NCBI GenBank assembly: GCA_964016885.1
Contig: OZ024741.1
Location: 283,092,001 to 283,156,000, forward strand
Length of the DNA stretch: 64,000 nt
Reading direction: 5' to 3'
Origin: Eledone cirrhosa
Lineage: Eukaryota
This document shows positions 12,901-25,779 of this stretch, one piece after another. A program made the position numbers and the translations under genes. The notes beneath the pieces are model-generated. The model had not been told where the DNA came from, ran no database searches, and was given only the letters and a program-made list of their open reading frames with translations. Each line of letters begins with the position of its first letter. Positions within the stretch are counted from its first letter, which is position 1.

Positions 12901-13740
12901 GTCAAAAGCATCAAGTAATAGGCTTTTAAATTTGTTACTGGCTGTGGGGTCCTTCAACTTCCATATTCTTCTCCTCAAAGTAGTCCTCCTCTGTCGAGTA
13001 CATCTAGTCCTGACTATGAGGTTACTAACTATTAGGCTATGTTGGGAGGTGCATTTTTCACGAGGGAAGGACTTAGTGTTTATAACAGACACTCTGTCTC
13101 ATCTTCTAGTAAGGATAAAATCTATCTGGCTGGTGTGCTTTTCTGATCTATAGGTAATCAAGTGATTGTCTCGTTTTTTGAAGTTTGTGTTACAAATAGT
13201 TAGGTTATTAGCATCACAGAATTTCAGGATCCTGAAGTCTTCTTCATTTCTAGTACCAAACCCATAGCCTCCATGGATTCCATCATAGCCATCACAATGT
13301 TGTCCAACATGATCATTAAGGTCGCCAGCAATAATTATGTAGTCACTGTCGGTTATTTGGAAGGTAGTGAGTATTAGCAACTCATAGAACCTGTCTTTTA
13401 TAACATCAGGCAGGGCAGATTGGTACATAAGCAGATATTATTGACACAGTTGTTCTATTTAGAACTAGTCTTATTTTAATTATTCTGTAGTTCACTCTAT
13501 TTACGACAATTACCTTATCTACCCATTTTTCTGCTAACATAATTCCAACACCACCCAGCCCGTTGTCATTTCACATAGAAAAGTTTATAGCATCGTTTTT
13601 TACTCACAATGAATCTAGCAGACCCACCCCTCCACCTGGTCTCTTGAACACAACAAACATCAACTTCCTTACATTCAAGCTCATTTGAGTGACCTTTCAA
13701 TGTGTCTACATTCATGGTACCAACTCTGAAGTTTTGGATT
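9985..13740 (-). mobile_element. Near full-length decayed RTE LINE (APE + RT + 3' tail), interrupted by an insert at 11961-12651
   Basis: APE motifs (VGTMNV, CCVQETRWRG, IIAGDLNDHVG, SQIDFIL), RT motifs and a (CAT)n tail near 9990. Colinear with 45310-48690. Confidence 0.9.
11961..12651 (-). mobile_element. Solo-LTR-like non-coding insert, 4-bp TSD CACT
   Basis: CACT at 11957-11960 and 12652-12655. On the - strand the ends are TGTAGCGGAG...CTGCTAAA. Shares an internal block with 32011-32507. Confidence 0.75.
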
Positions 13741-14299
13741 TCACTGGGTGGGAGGAAGGGATGGGATGGGGGCACAGGGAGGATGTGGGAGACGGAATTA
13801 CGTTGGTCTTGGTCTTCCATGTCTGAAATAAAGAAGAGTTCTTGCATGCTCATCTGGTGACAGGAGGTGAATTTATCTTTATTTGTCATTGTCATTGTGA
13901 CTGCTCAGACTCTCCAGCTCTGTAGTCCATTTAGTATAGCGAACAACAACGAGGTCTAAAGTAAAGGAGTAGTAGCCGAAGCGGTGGCTTTGCAATAGAG
14001 ATTTGCTTACTATAAGCCGCTGAGTTTTGATTGGACTAAATAACTTTGGTGGTGAGTGGGGGGTGGGAGCTAGGGAAATGGGTAACTTTATGAGATGTAA
14101 ATGAACTGAGGAGGAGAGACGAGAAGTTAAAAAGGGAATTACATTACTGGTCAACCACAGTTCGACAGTAAAGTTAGGTAAATTCTGGCTCAATACATGA
14201 GCGAAGTGAATTTTACATTTATGGACAGAAGGTGGGGTGCAATGTTTACGAGATGTAAGCATATTTTCAAATGTATGAGAGATAATAAATAAATAATTT

Positions 14300-14710
14300 A
14301 GACATTTTTTCACGCTCAGAGTTGCTGAAGCATGGAACAAACTGCCTGCGTTAATTGTTAGCTGCCGAGACACTGCATCCTTTAAGACACTCATGCTTCC
14401 CGAAATACGCCAAAACTACACCTGATGTACCCCTTCCATACACATGCACACATGTGTGTATCATGACTCGTGCACTGTTCATTTTACTGATGTTTGTGCA
14501 TTGCCCTATGTACTGTACATGCACTTTTTTGATGAGTTGTGGTGCACCTGGGCACTGTACACAATATTTCATTATTGTTATTGTTATTATATCATGACTC
14601 ATACACTGTTCATTTTCCTGACACTTTATTATTCTATGTACTATACATGCACCTTTGATGAGTTGTAGTGCACCTGAGCACTGTACACAATAATTTCATT
14701 ATTATTATAA
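14300..14710 (+). mobile_element. CR1-type LINE 3' end with tandemly duplicated 3' UTR
   Basis: Matches 29555-29835. The block 'atcatgactc...gtgcacctg.gcactgtacacaata...(ATT)n' occurs twice. Confidence 0.85.
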
Positions 14711-15234
14711 TAACTATTTTGTAAATAAATGTTTTGTAAATATTGTAAATAAATGTTTTGCTATTATTCTGAGAGAAAATCCCTTTAGCATTTTCTACTG
14801 TTTTTTTTTCTTTTTTACTATTATATATATATATATATACATATATACATATATATACATGTATCTCGTTTTGTATTTTTATGTGAAATCATGTTTGGAA
14901 AGATATATTGTTATTCTTAGAGAGGGTCATGTTGCCACAAAAATACACATGCCCCATTTGATTTACACTTCAGTTTTAATATTAGTTTGGTAACTAATCC
15001 ATTCCTTGGTTAGTTTGGTATAACCAGATAGTAGTTTGTCATATTTAACTGTCAAAGCTCTTTTGCCACACACTCTGTGACATTCTCAATGAGCATTCTT
15101 GCTCCCACATGTCTTCTCTTTGTTCTATTTACTTATTTACTTGTCTTTCTGTGGTGTGTGCGCGGTCTGTTCATGCATGTATGGGTGTGTCTACTGCTTC
15201 CTCAAGCTTATGTGTTTGGCATATGTATGCATGT

Positions 15235-15620
15235 GCGTGTGTGTGTGTGTGTGTGTCAGGGCATGTATGTGTACCTTTGTTTATTTTTCTCCTCTAAGTT
15301 TTTGAATGCATGTGTCTATTGACTTACTTTTGAATACTTTCCAAATATATTCTCTCTCCTCTCTCTCTCTCTGTCTCTCTCTCTCTCTCTCTTCTCTCTA
15401 TCCCTATTCCCCCCTCTCTCTCTTCTTTCTCTCTTTTTCTCTCCCTGTCTCACTCTCTCTATCCCTATGCCCCCCTCTTTTTCTCTCCCTGTCCCATTCT
15501 CCCTCTCTCTTCTCTCTATCCCTATTCCCCTCTCTCTCTCGCCTTCCTTCTCTCCCTCTCTTTAACCCCCTCTCTCTCCACCTCTGCTCCCTCTGTCTAC
15601 CTCCACCTCACTTCCACCTA
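15235..15620. repeat. (GT)n and (CT)n-rich low-complexity tracts
   Basis: Directly visible dinucleotide repeats. Confidence 0.9.
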
Positions 15621-15639
15621 CTTGCCTCCTCTTTTAACA

Positions 15640-18600
15640 CTTTTCAAATGTTTGGGAATTTATTCACAAGTACAATATTTTAAGTGCAATTTTCTCCATA
15701 TTAAAACGGAAATGAATGTATTTGTATAGTTCCTCACAAAAGAGAACCTTACATAGTTTTATAAAACAACACAAAACAACACAAAAAGTCAAAAAAGAAA
15801 TAAACAACACCAACAAAGATACGGGTAACCCCACCAACATCAAAATCAGCCGGACCACCACCAACACCGAAACCAATCCAAGGGGAAAACGAGGAAAGCT
15901 CTCCCACTCCCCCTACCCCTCCAATTATACACATAGACAAAACAATAAACGCGCACACAGACACAGATACACTCACAGCCATAGACCCTTTGTCTTCCAG
16001 CAGTGAAGATGAAAGAAAACCCAAAAGTGCCAAAAAACAAAAGAGAAAACTCCCCCCCCCCCCCCAAAAAAAAAAGCCCCAACAAAAAATACAGACACCA
16101 TTAACGCAAACACTTCCCCAATAACATCAGCACCAACATCAATCAACATCAACACCACCTCCACAATCCCCGAAACGCAAACAACTTAAACAAACACAAG
16201 AAAAAATAAACACACAGACACCTGAAATTGTAAACACCACACCTACAACAAACACAGACATACCCGAAACAACACCACTAAAACCATCACCACTACAGTC
16301 ACCAAAACGAAAACAAATAAAATCACACCAACAAAATATTAAAAACTTTGTGCTTGTCAGAAGGGCCAACGATAAACTGATGGCCCTCTTAGCACGAAGT
16401 GAGGACATTTTGCATGCCAGAAGATTTGCTTCTGGTTCGAATGTCACTCAATTCCTTCAAAGAAATTCAGGAGAGCTTTCCTCAAGACGTGGGAACCCCG
16501 AATGTGAAACTCACATTGAGACTTTTAAAGGGGTTCCCAAAAGAAACCCCACCAACCATGGAGGTTGAAGCACCCGACCTTCACAAGACCCCGGGAGGTA
16601 AGTAAACCTTCCCTCTCTCTTTTAGCTTGCCAATATGGCCATATTAAGAGTAGGAAGTTTAGATGTTCGTGGCCTGGGGTCACCCTGGAAACAGGATCGC
16701 CTGCTCAACAACCTCAGGTCTCTGGAAATGGATGTGATTGCTGTCAGCGAGACCAGGATTTCTGACACGCGCGCACTAGCCCCCATTTTCGACGACTATC
16801 AGATCTTTGCATCTGTTAGCAGGCCGGGAATGGGAGGTGGGGTAGCAGTGCTATTTAGGAAAGGCCTCGATCTCGAGGTAAGGTCGATCTTCCGGGACCC
16901 GGACGGTAAGCTGGTAGTCCTGGATGTGAACAATAGCGAAGGTGGTGCCTTTATACTGCTGGCCGTCTACGCCCCTACTGGGACCGGATGACCGGACTTC
17001 GTTAGGCGCCTGGAAATCTTTCTGGGTACGTCTCACCCTTTACTGTTAGCAGGGGACTGGAACGGTATCTTAGACGTTTGTGTGGGAGTAGCTGATAGTA
17101 GCGGGGGGTGCAAAAGCCTCAAGCACCTAATCAGCCTGTCTGACAGGTATCAACTAGATTTCCCCAATGTGCCAGTGTGGATGTGGACCAACCACATAGG
17201 GTCATCTAGATCGTATATAGACAGGATCTTCATTAGGAAAATAGATAGAAATAGTGTAGGCTGCCCACTTTTTAAAATGGTTGCCTATTCAGACTTACAG
17301 AGACCGAGTCAACAATTTTGTTAAGCAAAAGTTGACAGGGGGGGATCATCAACAACAGATGGTGAGGGGCTCTCAAAAGAGAGATTAGAGTAACTTCGAT
17401 AGAGTTCAGCAAAGTTAGAGAAAAATAGAAAGGTGGGGGAGCTGGAAGATATATAGATGGGCTATTTGTAGTGGCATTGCAACTGATGTGCTAGCGACGA
17501 GAATGGCATTAGATCATTTCTTCAATGCGAAACACGGAGGTTGCATTGTCAGAGCTAAGGCGCGTGCGCTGAGAAATGAGGGAACCAAAGCTATTCGATG
17601 TGCCCGTGTGGCGGAGGTGCACCATGGAAATAAAACTACAATTCGGTCTTTGCCGAACCGAGACGGACACGAGATAAGCGATTCCAAGCAGATGTGTGAG
17701 GCCTTTCGCCAGCACTTTGCTTGGTTGTTCGGGGAGAGTGGTGGGTCAGAGAGTAGCAGATTTCAGTCCCTACCTTGACGGCTTGCCGCGCATATCGACG
17801 GTCGACACTGGGTGTTGCGAAAGGCCGATTACTTCAGCCAAAATTCAGGAGACCCTTGTTGGCTGCATGAGGCACAAGTCACCCGGTTTGGATGGCCTGC
17901 CCTACGAGCTTTACGTAAATATGCCAGATTTGTTCTCCGATCTCTTCAAAGCGCTCTACTGCAACTGGCAGCAGAATGGGAGTATTCCCAGTTCTGTGAG
18001 AAGGGGAGTGGTGACGCTGATAAGGAAAGACGAGAACAAGAGGGATACATTAGACAACTTCAGACCCATAACTCTGCTCAACACAGAGTTTAAGATTTTG
18101 GCCAAGGTGTTAGCAAAGAGATTGCCGCTTGTCGTCGAGGATTTGGTTGGGGAGGCGCAAACTTGCGCAATCCCAGCCAAGTCCACACACGACAATCTCC
18201 ACCTCATGCGATACATCATAGAGAGGGTAGGGTGTAAACCTGGCTTCAGTGGGGCACTGATCAATTTAGATCAATCGAAAGCATTCGATAGGGTCAACCA
18301 TCGTTATCTGGAGGCTGTCCTCAAAGCAGCTGGCTTCGGCCCTGTCTTCAGAAGCTGGATCGCTGCAATGCACAGTAGCACATGCTCGGTAGTCAAGGTT
18401 AATGGCCACCGCTCGGAACCATTTTGGCTCTCCCAATCAGTCCATCATTCCCTTCTGTACGTATTGACTCTCGAGCCTTTACTGCGGAAGCTGGAGCTGT
18501 TGCAGGGCATCCCGCTCGAACCGGGATGTGGAAGATCTGTGTCGGCTTATGCGGACGACATCACCGTGATGGTGTCGGACACCTCAGGTCGACAACTTAT

Positions 18601-19535
18601 TGGAGGAATATGAAAGATTGACGGGAGCAAAACTTAACCCAGAAAAGTTGGTGGGCTTGCAACTCGACACTTGGAGAGGCAAGTCCATGCCGTCCAACAG
18701 CGTTGTTGGACGTTGGACAGACAGACGGGTAAAGTTGCTCGGGGTTTTGGATTGGGCCAGACCTCCAGGGGGATAAGAATTGGAATGAGGTAACAAGCAG
18801 GGTAGCCAGTCTCACCTAAAAATGGGCAACGAGGAAGCTATCACTGAAAGGTCGTGCAGAGGTGGCCAATGCGTACATCACGTCTGTCATCTACTACCAC
18901 CTGACCGTTGTGAAGTTATGTCGAACAGCTACTGTCGCATGTAGAATGGATCCGGCTATTGGCCAAGTCCATAGTGAAGATTGACCCGCCGCCTTCCTTT
19001 GGTCAGGAAGAGCAGGCAATTTTCCTCTGTCTGATGGCAGTTGTGAAAGAGGTTATATGGTGGACCAGATTGAAAGGACTGAAGACAGACACTTTTCTCT
19101 TTGGCTAATCCCTCATCAAGTTCTACAAGTTTCACCTGGAAAGGAAGGTGAGGGTGGAGAGAGACGTGCTGCCCCCCAGTACAGTTGCTAAAAGGTGGAT
19201 GAATGTGGGGAGAATGGCCCATGTGAATGGGCCTACTCTGACCATGCGCCTATAGTCTAGCTAATTTGAGGAGAGGGATGCTCTCCCTGGGTGCCCTAGA
19301 AGTGCAGGGTGGTTCAGGATTGGTGGGATACCTGAGTCACCCATGGGTCGTCCACCCCCTATAGGGGAATTTATTTTGTTATATTTATACATAGTTTATT
19401 TTATATTTGTATATCTTCATTGTTAAATTAGACTTGCCATTATGCACTTTTACTCGACCTTATTGTAAACCCCTACTGTCCCTGTCTTTGTATTGTCCCC
19501 TACATGTCAGCCCTTGTGGCCAATAAATGAAATCA
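15640..19535 (+). mobile_element. L1/Tx1-clade LINE, decayed and internally deleted
   Basis: APE (VGSLDVRGL, VIAVSETR, LAVYAP, SYIDRIF) and RT in ORF 17696..18613 (KSPGLDGLPYE, FRPITLLN, DQSKAFDRV, AYADD). 3' end AATAAA + (ATT)n at ~19520-19550. The 5' boundary and ORF1 are uncertain. Confidence 0.85.
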
Positions 19536-19554
19536 TTATTATTATTATTATTGT

Positions 19555-20785
19555 TCTTTGAGTCTCAGTCAGTGAAGTGTTCCAAAAAGCGGAGCTGGAC
19601 TAATCTTCTTTAACTTGGAAACTCTTTGAGATAGTACCTAATGCGCCTATGACAATCGGGACGACCTTGATTTCATGGCAGTTCCAAATCCTTTTAAACT
19701 CCCGCTTTAAATACTGGTATTCGTTAATTTTATCCCTCTCCTTTTCTTGCACTCTCGTGTCAAATGGGCAGGCTACATCTACAATCAGGCATGATCTTTT
19801 TTCCTTGTCAAAAACCACCAGGTCAGGCCTATTGTGTTCTAACTTCTTGTCCGTCTGTATCTTAAAATCCCATAGCACCTTCACCTGATCGTTTTCTATC
19901 ACCGACTCTGGCTTATGCTCATACGACTTCTCAGAATGTGGTAAATTGTTTACTTTGCATAGATGCCAGGGGATAACTCTGCCTATCACATCAGGTCTCC
20001 AGCCTTTATAGTGAGTCTGGGCTAGGTATTTACACTCAGATACAATGTGAGCCACAGTCTCCTCTCTCTCTCCACAGATCCTACACAGTGAGCTAGCCTC
20101 CTCCTTGTCAATATGGTGTTTCACCCACTTTGTTCTGAGGGCTTTCCCTTGCACAGCCATTAGCATTCCTTCTGTAGCTTTTTTAAGGTCTCCTCTTTTT
20201 AACCAGTTCCATGTCTGTGGATCTCTAAATTCCGTTTTCTTAAAGAAGGTACTATGAAGGGATTTTTCATGAAGGCTGCTCTTCCTCCTTGCTATTATTT
20301 TCTCCTTGGACATCTCCTGGTCTATTGTCTTCTCCTTCAGTACAATTTTGAGCATTGGCTCCCTACTGTCAGTGACATATTTGTGCAGGTTGTTTTTCTC
20401 CATCTGATAAGACCTCTTCCACCTTCAGATCTCTTTAAGTAGAGTCTATCAACATCACTCCTCTTGTGGAACATGTAGATAGTCAATAGCTTCCTAGTTT
20501 TCCTATCCATTTCTTTTTGTTCAGCAACATTCCATTTCAGAATTCCCGCACTGTACCTAATAATTATTTCTATTTTTGGCACAAGGCCAACAATTACCCA
20601 GTATATTACTGGTACTTTATTTTATCGACCCCGTAAGGATGAAAGGCAAAGTTAACCTCGGCGGGATTTGAACTCAGACTGTAAAGGGACGTAACTATGC
20701 TAGAAAGCATGGCGTCCGACCCTCTACCGATACTGCCAAGACACAGCACGGGAATTTACTGCACTTATGACATTCCTACTATTTA
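19555..20785 (-). mobile_element. R4/Dong-clade LINE 3' part (CCHC zinc knuckle + restriction-like endonuclease), interrupted by a SINE
   Basis: ORF 19600..20403 contains CRICGEREETVAHIVSEC and HNRPDLVVFDKEKRSCLIVDVACPFD...K..EY. Flanked by (ATT)n. Confidence 0.9.
20562..20739 (-). mobile_element. tRNA-derived SINE
   Basis: Reverse complement of the SINE at 20799-20995, with A/B-box-like 'tggcagtatcggtag' and 'gagttcaaatcc'. Confidence 0.9.
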
Positions 20786-20798
20786 TTATTATTGTTAT

Positions 20799-20985
20799 AG
20801 GGCGGTGGATTGGCAGTATCGGTAGAGGGTCGGACGCCATGCTTTCCAGCATAGTTACGTTCCTTTACGATCTGAGTTCAAATCCCGCCGAGGTTGACTT
20901 TGCCTTTCATCCTTACGGGGTCGATAAAATAAAGTACCAGTAATGCACTGGGTAATTGCTGGCCTTGTGCTTAAAGTAGAAACAA

Positions 20986-20995
<10 letters not shown>
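20799..20995 (+). mobile_element. tRNA-derived SINE (octopus-type)
   Basis: A box, B box GAGTTCAAATCC, core 'gactttgcctttcatccttacggggtcgataaaataaagtacc' and (ATT)n tail. Confidence 0.9.
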
Positions 20996-21016
<21 letters not shown>

Positions 21017-22619
21017 TTTGTTTATTTGTTTATTTGTTTATTTATTTATTTGCATAAACTTCCAAATATATATGTGTTTGTTCCCACAGAAATAGGAATC
21101 TAAACAAAACAACTTCAAACTGGAAACACCTTTGCTTATTTTCAGACATGTAAACAGGAAATACCTTTTGCTCATATAACATTTTCTGGGAAGAAAAACA
21201 AAGAAATAAGTAGGTAGTTAGAATTACTTCATTCACTCAGTAGAATAGCTGAAGGGGTGGGGGATAGAAGTCTTCCCAGCAAACTAAAAAACTGCTCCCA
21301 GGTGGCACTCACTTTATTTGATGCCACTGAGTTCATCCAACAAAAAATATCAAAGAAGAGAGAAAAAAGAAAAGAAATGAGGGTGAGGAAGGGGGAAATA
21401 AACAACACTTAAAAATAAATGCCACAATAACCATACTGTAAGTTTACATTAAAAATAAGTGCATAGTTGAGCCTTTCTTGTCTTGTTTTCCTATTAAATG
21501 GGTAAAAAAGACTTAATCTGTACCATCATTTTCTTCTCCAGTATCTGTTTGTTTGTATCCAGTTATACCTGGCATCATCACCACACCCACCAGAGACCAG
21601 GTTATCCTCCCCAACTACAGTACTGACAAATATAACTAAATCAAAGCTCATAAACAACTGACTGCCAAAGCACTCACATGAAAACCAAAAATTATGTTGC
21701 TATTCACTATGTGAGAAACTATACTTACAACATAACTGCACTTTCATTCATCTGTTGGGGAAAGATGTACAAGCACCACCAGCCCATGCCATAGCACTCC
21801 TGCTACATCTGCACTGCCATGAAAATCAAAATCAATTGTAGAAACTCCATTATGTTTGAATTAGAATCCTAATTTGTGTCACTATTCCTCAATGGTTATG
21901 TCTTTTCACTCATCTCTCAGGGACTTGATACACTATCAAAGACAGCAATTCCAGCCAACTCCCAAACTACTGCAAAATCACCCTCTGCTGCAGCCTGAAT
22001 TATTCAACAATTCAGGAAACAAGATGGCATTCAGTTGGTACAAAGGAAAAATCAACTACTGTGACCATATCTGACAGTGAAAGCACAACTCACTCCAGAC
22101 ACCAACTACTCCCTTACTAGCAAAATTCCTTTTAGCTAATTAACATAATTTTCTTTAACACATCAACTTTTCTATGCAAGCATGGGTTGGATGGGATTTT
22201 TTGAGGCAATGTTTTACAGCTTGATACCCTTTCTGATATTAACTCTTTTGGATGCTTCTTATGATATGCAAGGATATGGTGTGCTTATGGTGTGCTTATT
22301 CTAAATCAGGATATGGTGTGCTTATTCTAAATCAAATACATGCACAGAAAACATTAGTTCCAAAATATTTTTATTAAATCTTGTTGGCACGATTATGAAT
22401 TGAGACAGAAAAATTTCATCCATAAAATTGAAAAGTGACTCTACAGCTGTTTTGTCTGGAGTTGAGATGCAAATACATGGTTTCAAAGTATTTGAAGACC
22501 AGAAAAAAAAATCCAGAAAAGCATTTTAGCTCTCTCATTCATGCAACAGAAACACTTGCTGATACCACAATGCACAAACTCCATCCATCATTAACAACAA
22601 GCATAATTCAAGATCCCTG

Positions 22620-23560
22620 AAATAGTTTTACCAAGCAACTGCTGTAGCTTCGACATTTCTCATAAATGCACAAAGCATCAGCTGAATCATCAATACAGAA
22701 AAATGAAAGATTTCATTAATTGAGGGTTTCTATTACAGACAACTCACACTACATCACTTTTTGCATCCTAACCAAGACTCACCTCAACAACTTCTACTTG
22801 AAAGCTGAAATAAGGGTGAGGAATTATACCACCATTAACAAGGGCTGCATTGGCAAAAGAAAGGGAGAAGCTACCATCTTCCTTCCTGATTCATTTACCT
22901 TACCACATATGCAAAGGATTTATTTTCCAATGGCTACTGTAAAACAAAGCCAATGATTTGATCATAATTGGGTTCTACAGGCTTCCGCCAAGAGTTTCTA
23001 TTGTGCTTCCAAGAATGTCCCAACAAAATTAAGAGTTTATCCAGCAGTGTTACTCTGGTAATATATTAATGATGGGTGACTGTTCACTAGTCTACTAATA
23101 CTTTTAAACAAAGTATTTGCAATTCCAGACAAATCAATAGTAGAGTTACTTTTCAACTTTACAGATAAGATTTTCCTGTCTCAGCTTGCGTTTGTGCCAA
23201 TGAGATGTAACAAAAGTATTTTGGATTTAATGTTAAGTAATCACCTTAACATTATTCATAATATTGTAGTTGAAAAACACTCCCCTCTCAGACCATGGCA
23301 TGATACTCTGTAGCCTGAGTTTTCAACACCCCCCAAAAATGAACTCTAACAAACTCACTCCAGTCCATTTATTCCAACAACGTAGATCTTCACAATGCAA
23401 ACTAGGATGTAATTACTCATGATCTTTCAGTCATTGATTGATATTTTACACTCATCCCCACTAATATTCAAACATTCTGGTAACTATTTGAGGATTTTTT
23501 TACAAATATATGCTCAAACAACACTCTATCTTAAACTAAGTGTAGGTTCTTAAGATATTA
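22620..23560 (+). mobile_element. Highly decayed CR1/L2-group LINE APE region
   Basis: FCILTKTHLNNFYLKAEIRVRNYTTINKGCIGKRKGEATIFL resembles the APE 'TETHL...AEI.I.NY...R.DR...GGG' motif. Confidence 0.55.
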
Positions 23561-23589
23561 AAAAAAATCCTTGTTAGAATAATACAGAT

Positions 23590-24290
23590 ATACCAGATTC
23601 TTCGTTGTACCGTTTGTGCATAGTATATGAACAATTCTAGGAACTCCCACCTAGAATAGTGACCTCTAGGAGATGGGTCATCTTCTGTCTGACTGTAAAA
23701 CGTGTATCATTGCATAGACGTGGTTGTTCCACGTTTCTCAAAGGGATGATGGAAGTTCCAATCTTTTATATTATATGTAGATATAGATATAGATAATTAA
23801 TATAAAAGATGATGCTCAGCCAGTTCGTCTTCAACCATCGCAGCACGCCGTCGCTGCTTGGTTCCAGTGTTTCGTTGGCGTTGTTCAGCCAGCTCCTCTT
23901 CATTCATGGTGGCACGTTTTCGCCTCTGAAGTTCGGCGCTTCGATGGCGCTGTTCGGACCGTTTTTCTTCATTCCTGGCTGCACGCCGTCGCCGCTGTAG
24001 TTCACTGTTTGATAAAGTCGAATTGCTTTTACTTTCTGTGGAACGCTGCACGCACACACACATAAACATACGCGCACGTACATACACATGCACACATGGT
24101 AATAGTTACAGCGTTCACTTTGCCTCTCTGTCTCTTACTCTCCCCTCTCACTCCCTCGTTAGCATTATGCATATTAATTTATGTTTGGCGTCGTTGAGGT
24201 GGGCGGAGTTGTTTGAAACCTATGAACCAATGATAATCGAGAATTATGACACACGGAATACTAACGTTGTTGAAATTAATATATAGATAT
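23590..24290 (-). mobile_element. Helitron remnant (N-terminal 23-aa STPR-like repeats + PIF1 helicase fragment)
   Basis: ORF 23797..24093 has three 'ELQRRRRA.MNEEE..EQR.R' repeats. 23640-23760 translates IGTSIIPLRNVEQPRLCNDTRFTVRQKMTHLLEVTILGG (Helitron helicase 'LRN..PKLCNGTR'). TCTATAT-type 5' ends. Confidence 0.75.
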
Positions 24291-24334
24291 ATATAATTAT
24301 ATATTCGTGTGCAGATATTTTTGCACAAACACAT

Positions 24335-25770
24335 AAGCCATGTATAGGGGAGCAGTCAGCAAAGTTAGGATTAGCAATGAGTATAGCGAGGAATTTAGCG
24401 TACAGGTTGGTGTCCACCAGGGCTCTGTTCTTAGCCCTCTCCTGTTCATCATAGTCCTGCAGGCAATAACGGAGGAGTTTAAGACTGGATGCCTATGGGA
24501 ACTCCTGTATGCTGATGACCTCACACTTATAGCTGAATCTATGGTAGAACTAGAGAACAAATTCCAAACTTGGAAGCAGGGACTAGAAAGAAAGGGTCTC
24601 AAAGTCAACATGACAAATACTAAGGTCCTTGTAAGTAGACGAGAAAACAGAATCCAGATCCCCTCAGGGAAACGGCCATGCTCAGTATGTAGGAAAGGTG
24701 TAGGTAGGAGCTCCATTCTCTGCCCCAAATGCAAACAATGGGTACACAAGAGATGTAGCAGGATCTCAGGAAGCTTAATCAAGAATGTAGGCTTCACATG
24801 CAGCAGTTGACAGCAAGCCGCAAACAGCCACAGGAAATAATTACTACCAATCTCTGGGAGGGCTCTGTAGAAACAGTAGACTGCTTCTGCTACCTAGGTG
24901 ACCGAATTAGCAGCGGAGGTGGGTGTTCAGAAAGTACAATAACTAGGGTAAGAACGGGATGGAAGAAGTTCAGGGAACTACTGCAATTGCTAGCTGCAAA
25001 AGGCTTCTCACTCAAAATAAAAGGCAGACTGTATGATGCGTGTATCCGAACAGCAATGTTACATGGTAGTGTGACCTGGGCGCTGAAGGTGGAAGACTTA
25101 TGTAGATTAGAAATAAACGAAGCCTGCATGCTCCGATGGATATGTAATAGTAATATACGCGAACGACAAAGCATAAATGAATTGAGAGAGGGACTGAGCA
25201 TAAGAGGAATCAAATGCTGTGTGCAGGAGAGGCGGTTGCGCTGGTATGGACATGTGATGCGTATGAAGGATGACAGCTGCATAAAAAGGTGCAGAGCACT
25301 AGAAGTCAATGGAAACCGCGGAGTGGGGAGACACAAGAAGACCTGGGATGAGGTGATAAAAGCCGACCTTACCCAATTACACCTCTCAAAGGCGATGACA
25401 CACGACCGTGACCTCTGGCGTCACGCAGTAATACAGTGTACCCGACCTCCCATGGGTACAAGCTGAAGCATATAGACAATATGCCCCCCACACCTTCCCA
25501 CTGCAAGGTGGTCGTGGAGGTGCCACAGCAAAAAAGCACCGAGCCCACACTGTAAATTGGACGTGTAGGCACCACGGAAAAAGCACCCAGCACTCACTGT
25601 AAATGAGGTTGGTGTTAGGAAGGGCATCCAGCTGTAGAAATCAAGCCAAAATCAGTTCCTGTATGAGCAAGGCATGGCCAGCTGACCAGACACTGCCCAC
25701 AACAGGACAACCCGTCTAACCCATGCTAGAAAGAAAGAACGGACGTAAAACGGTGATGATGATGATGACA
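24335..25770 (+). mobile_element. 5'-truncated young RTE LINE copy
   Basis: ORFs 24340..24810 and 24798..25466 are nearly identical to the C-terminal half of 45879..48380 (QGSVLSP, YADD). The 3' UTR ends in (GAT)n. Confidence 0.95.
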
Positions 25771-25779
25771 CACATAATA

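Noticed and set aside
13900-14295. 171-aa ORF 13879..14394 as a host gene
   Set aside because: It spans an antisense CR1 tail and unclassified repeat-like sequence, with no domain or splice support.
15077-15683. Hydrophobic or Leu/Ser-rich ORFs
   Set aside because: Translations of (GT)n and (CT)n microsatellites.
20799-20895. tRNA gene
   Set aside because: The A/B boxes belong to a SINE head. There is no complete cloverleaf and it continues into the SINE core and tail.
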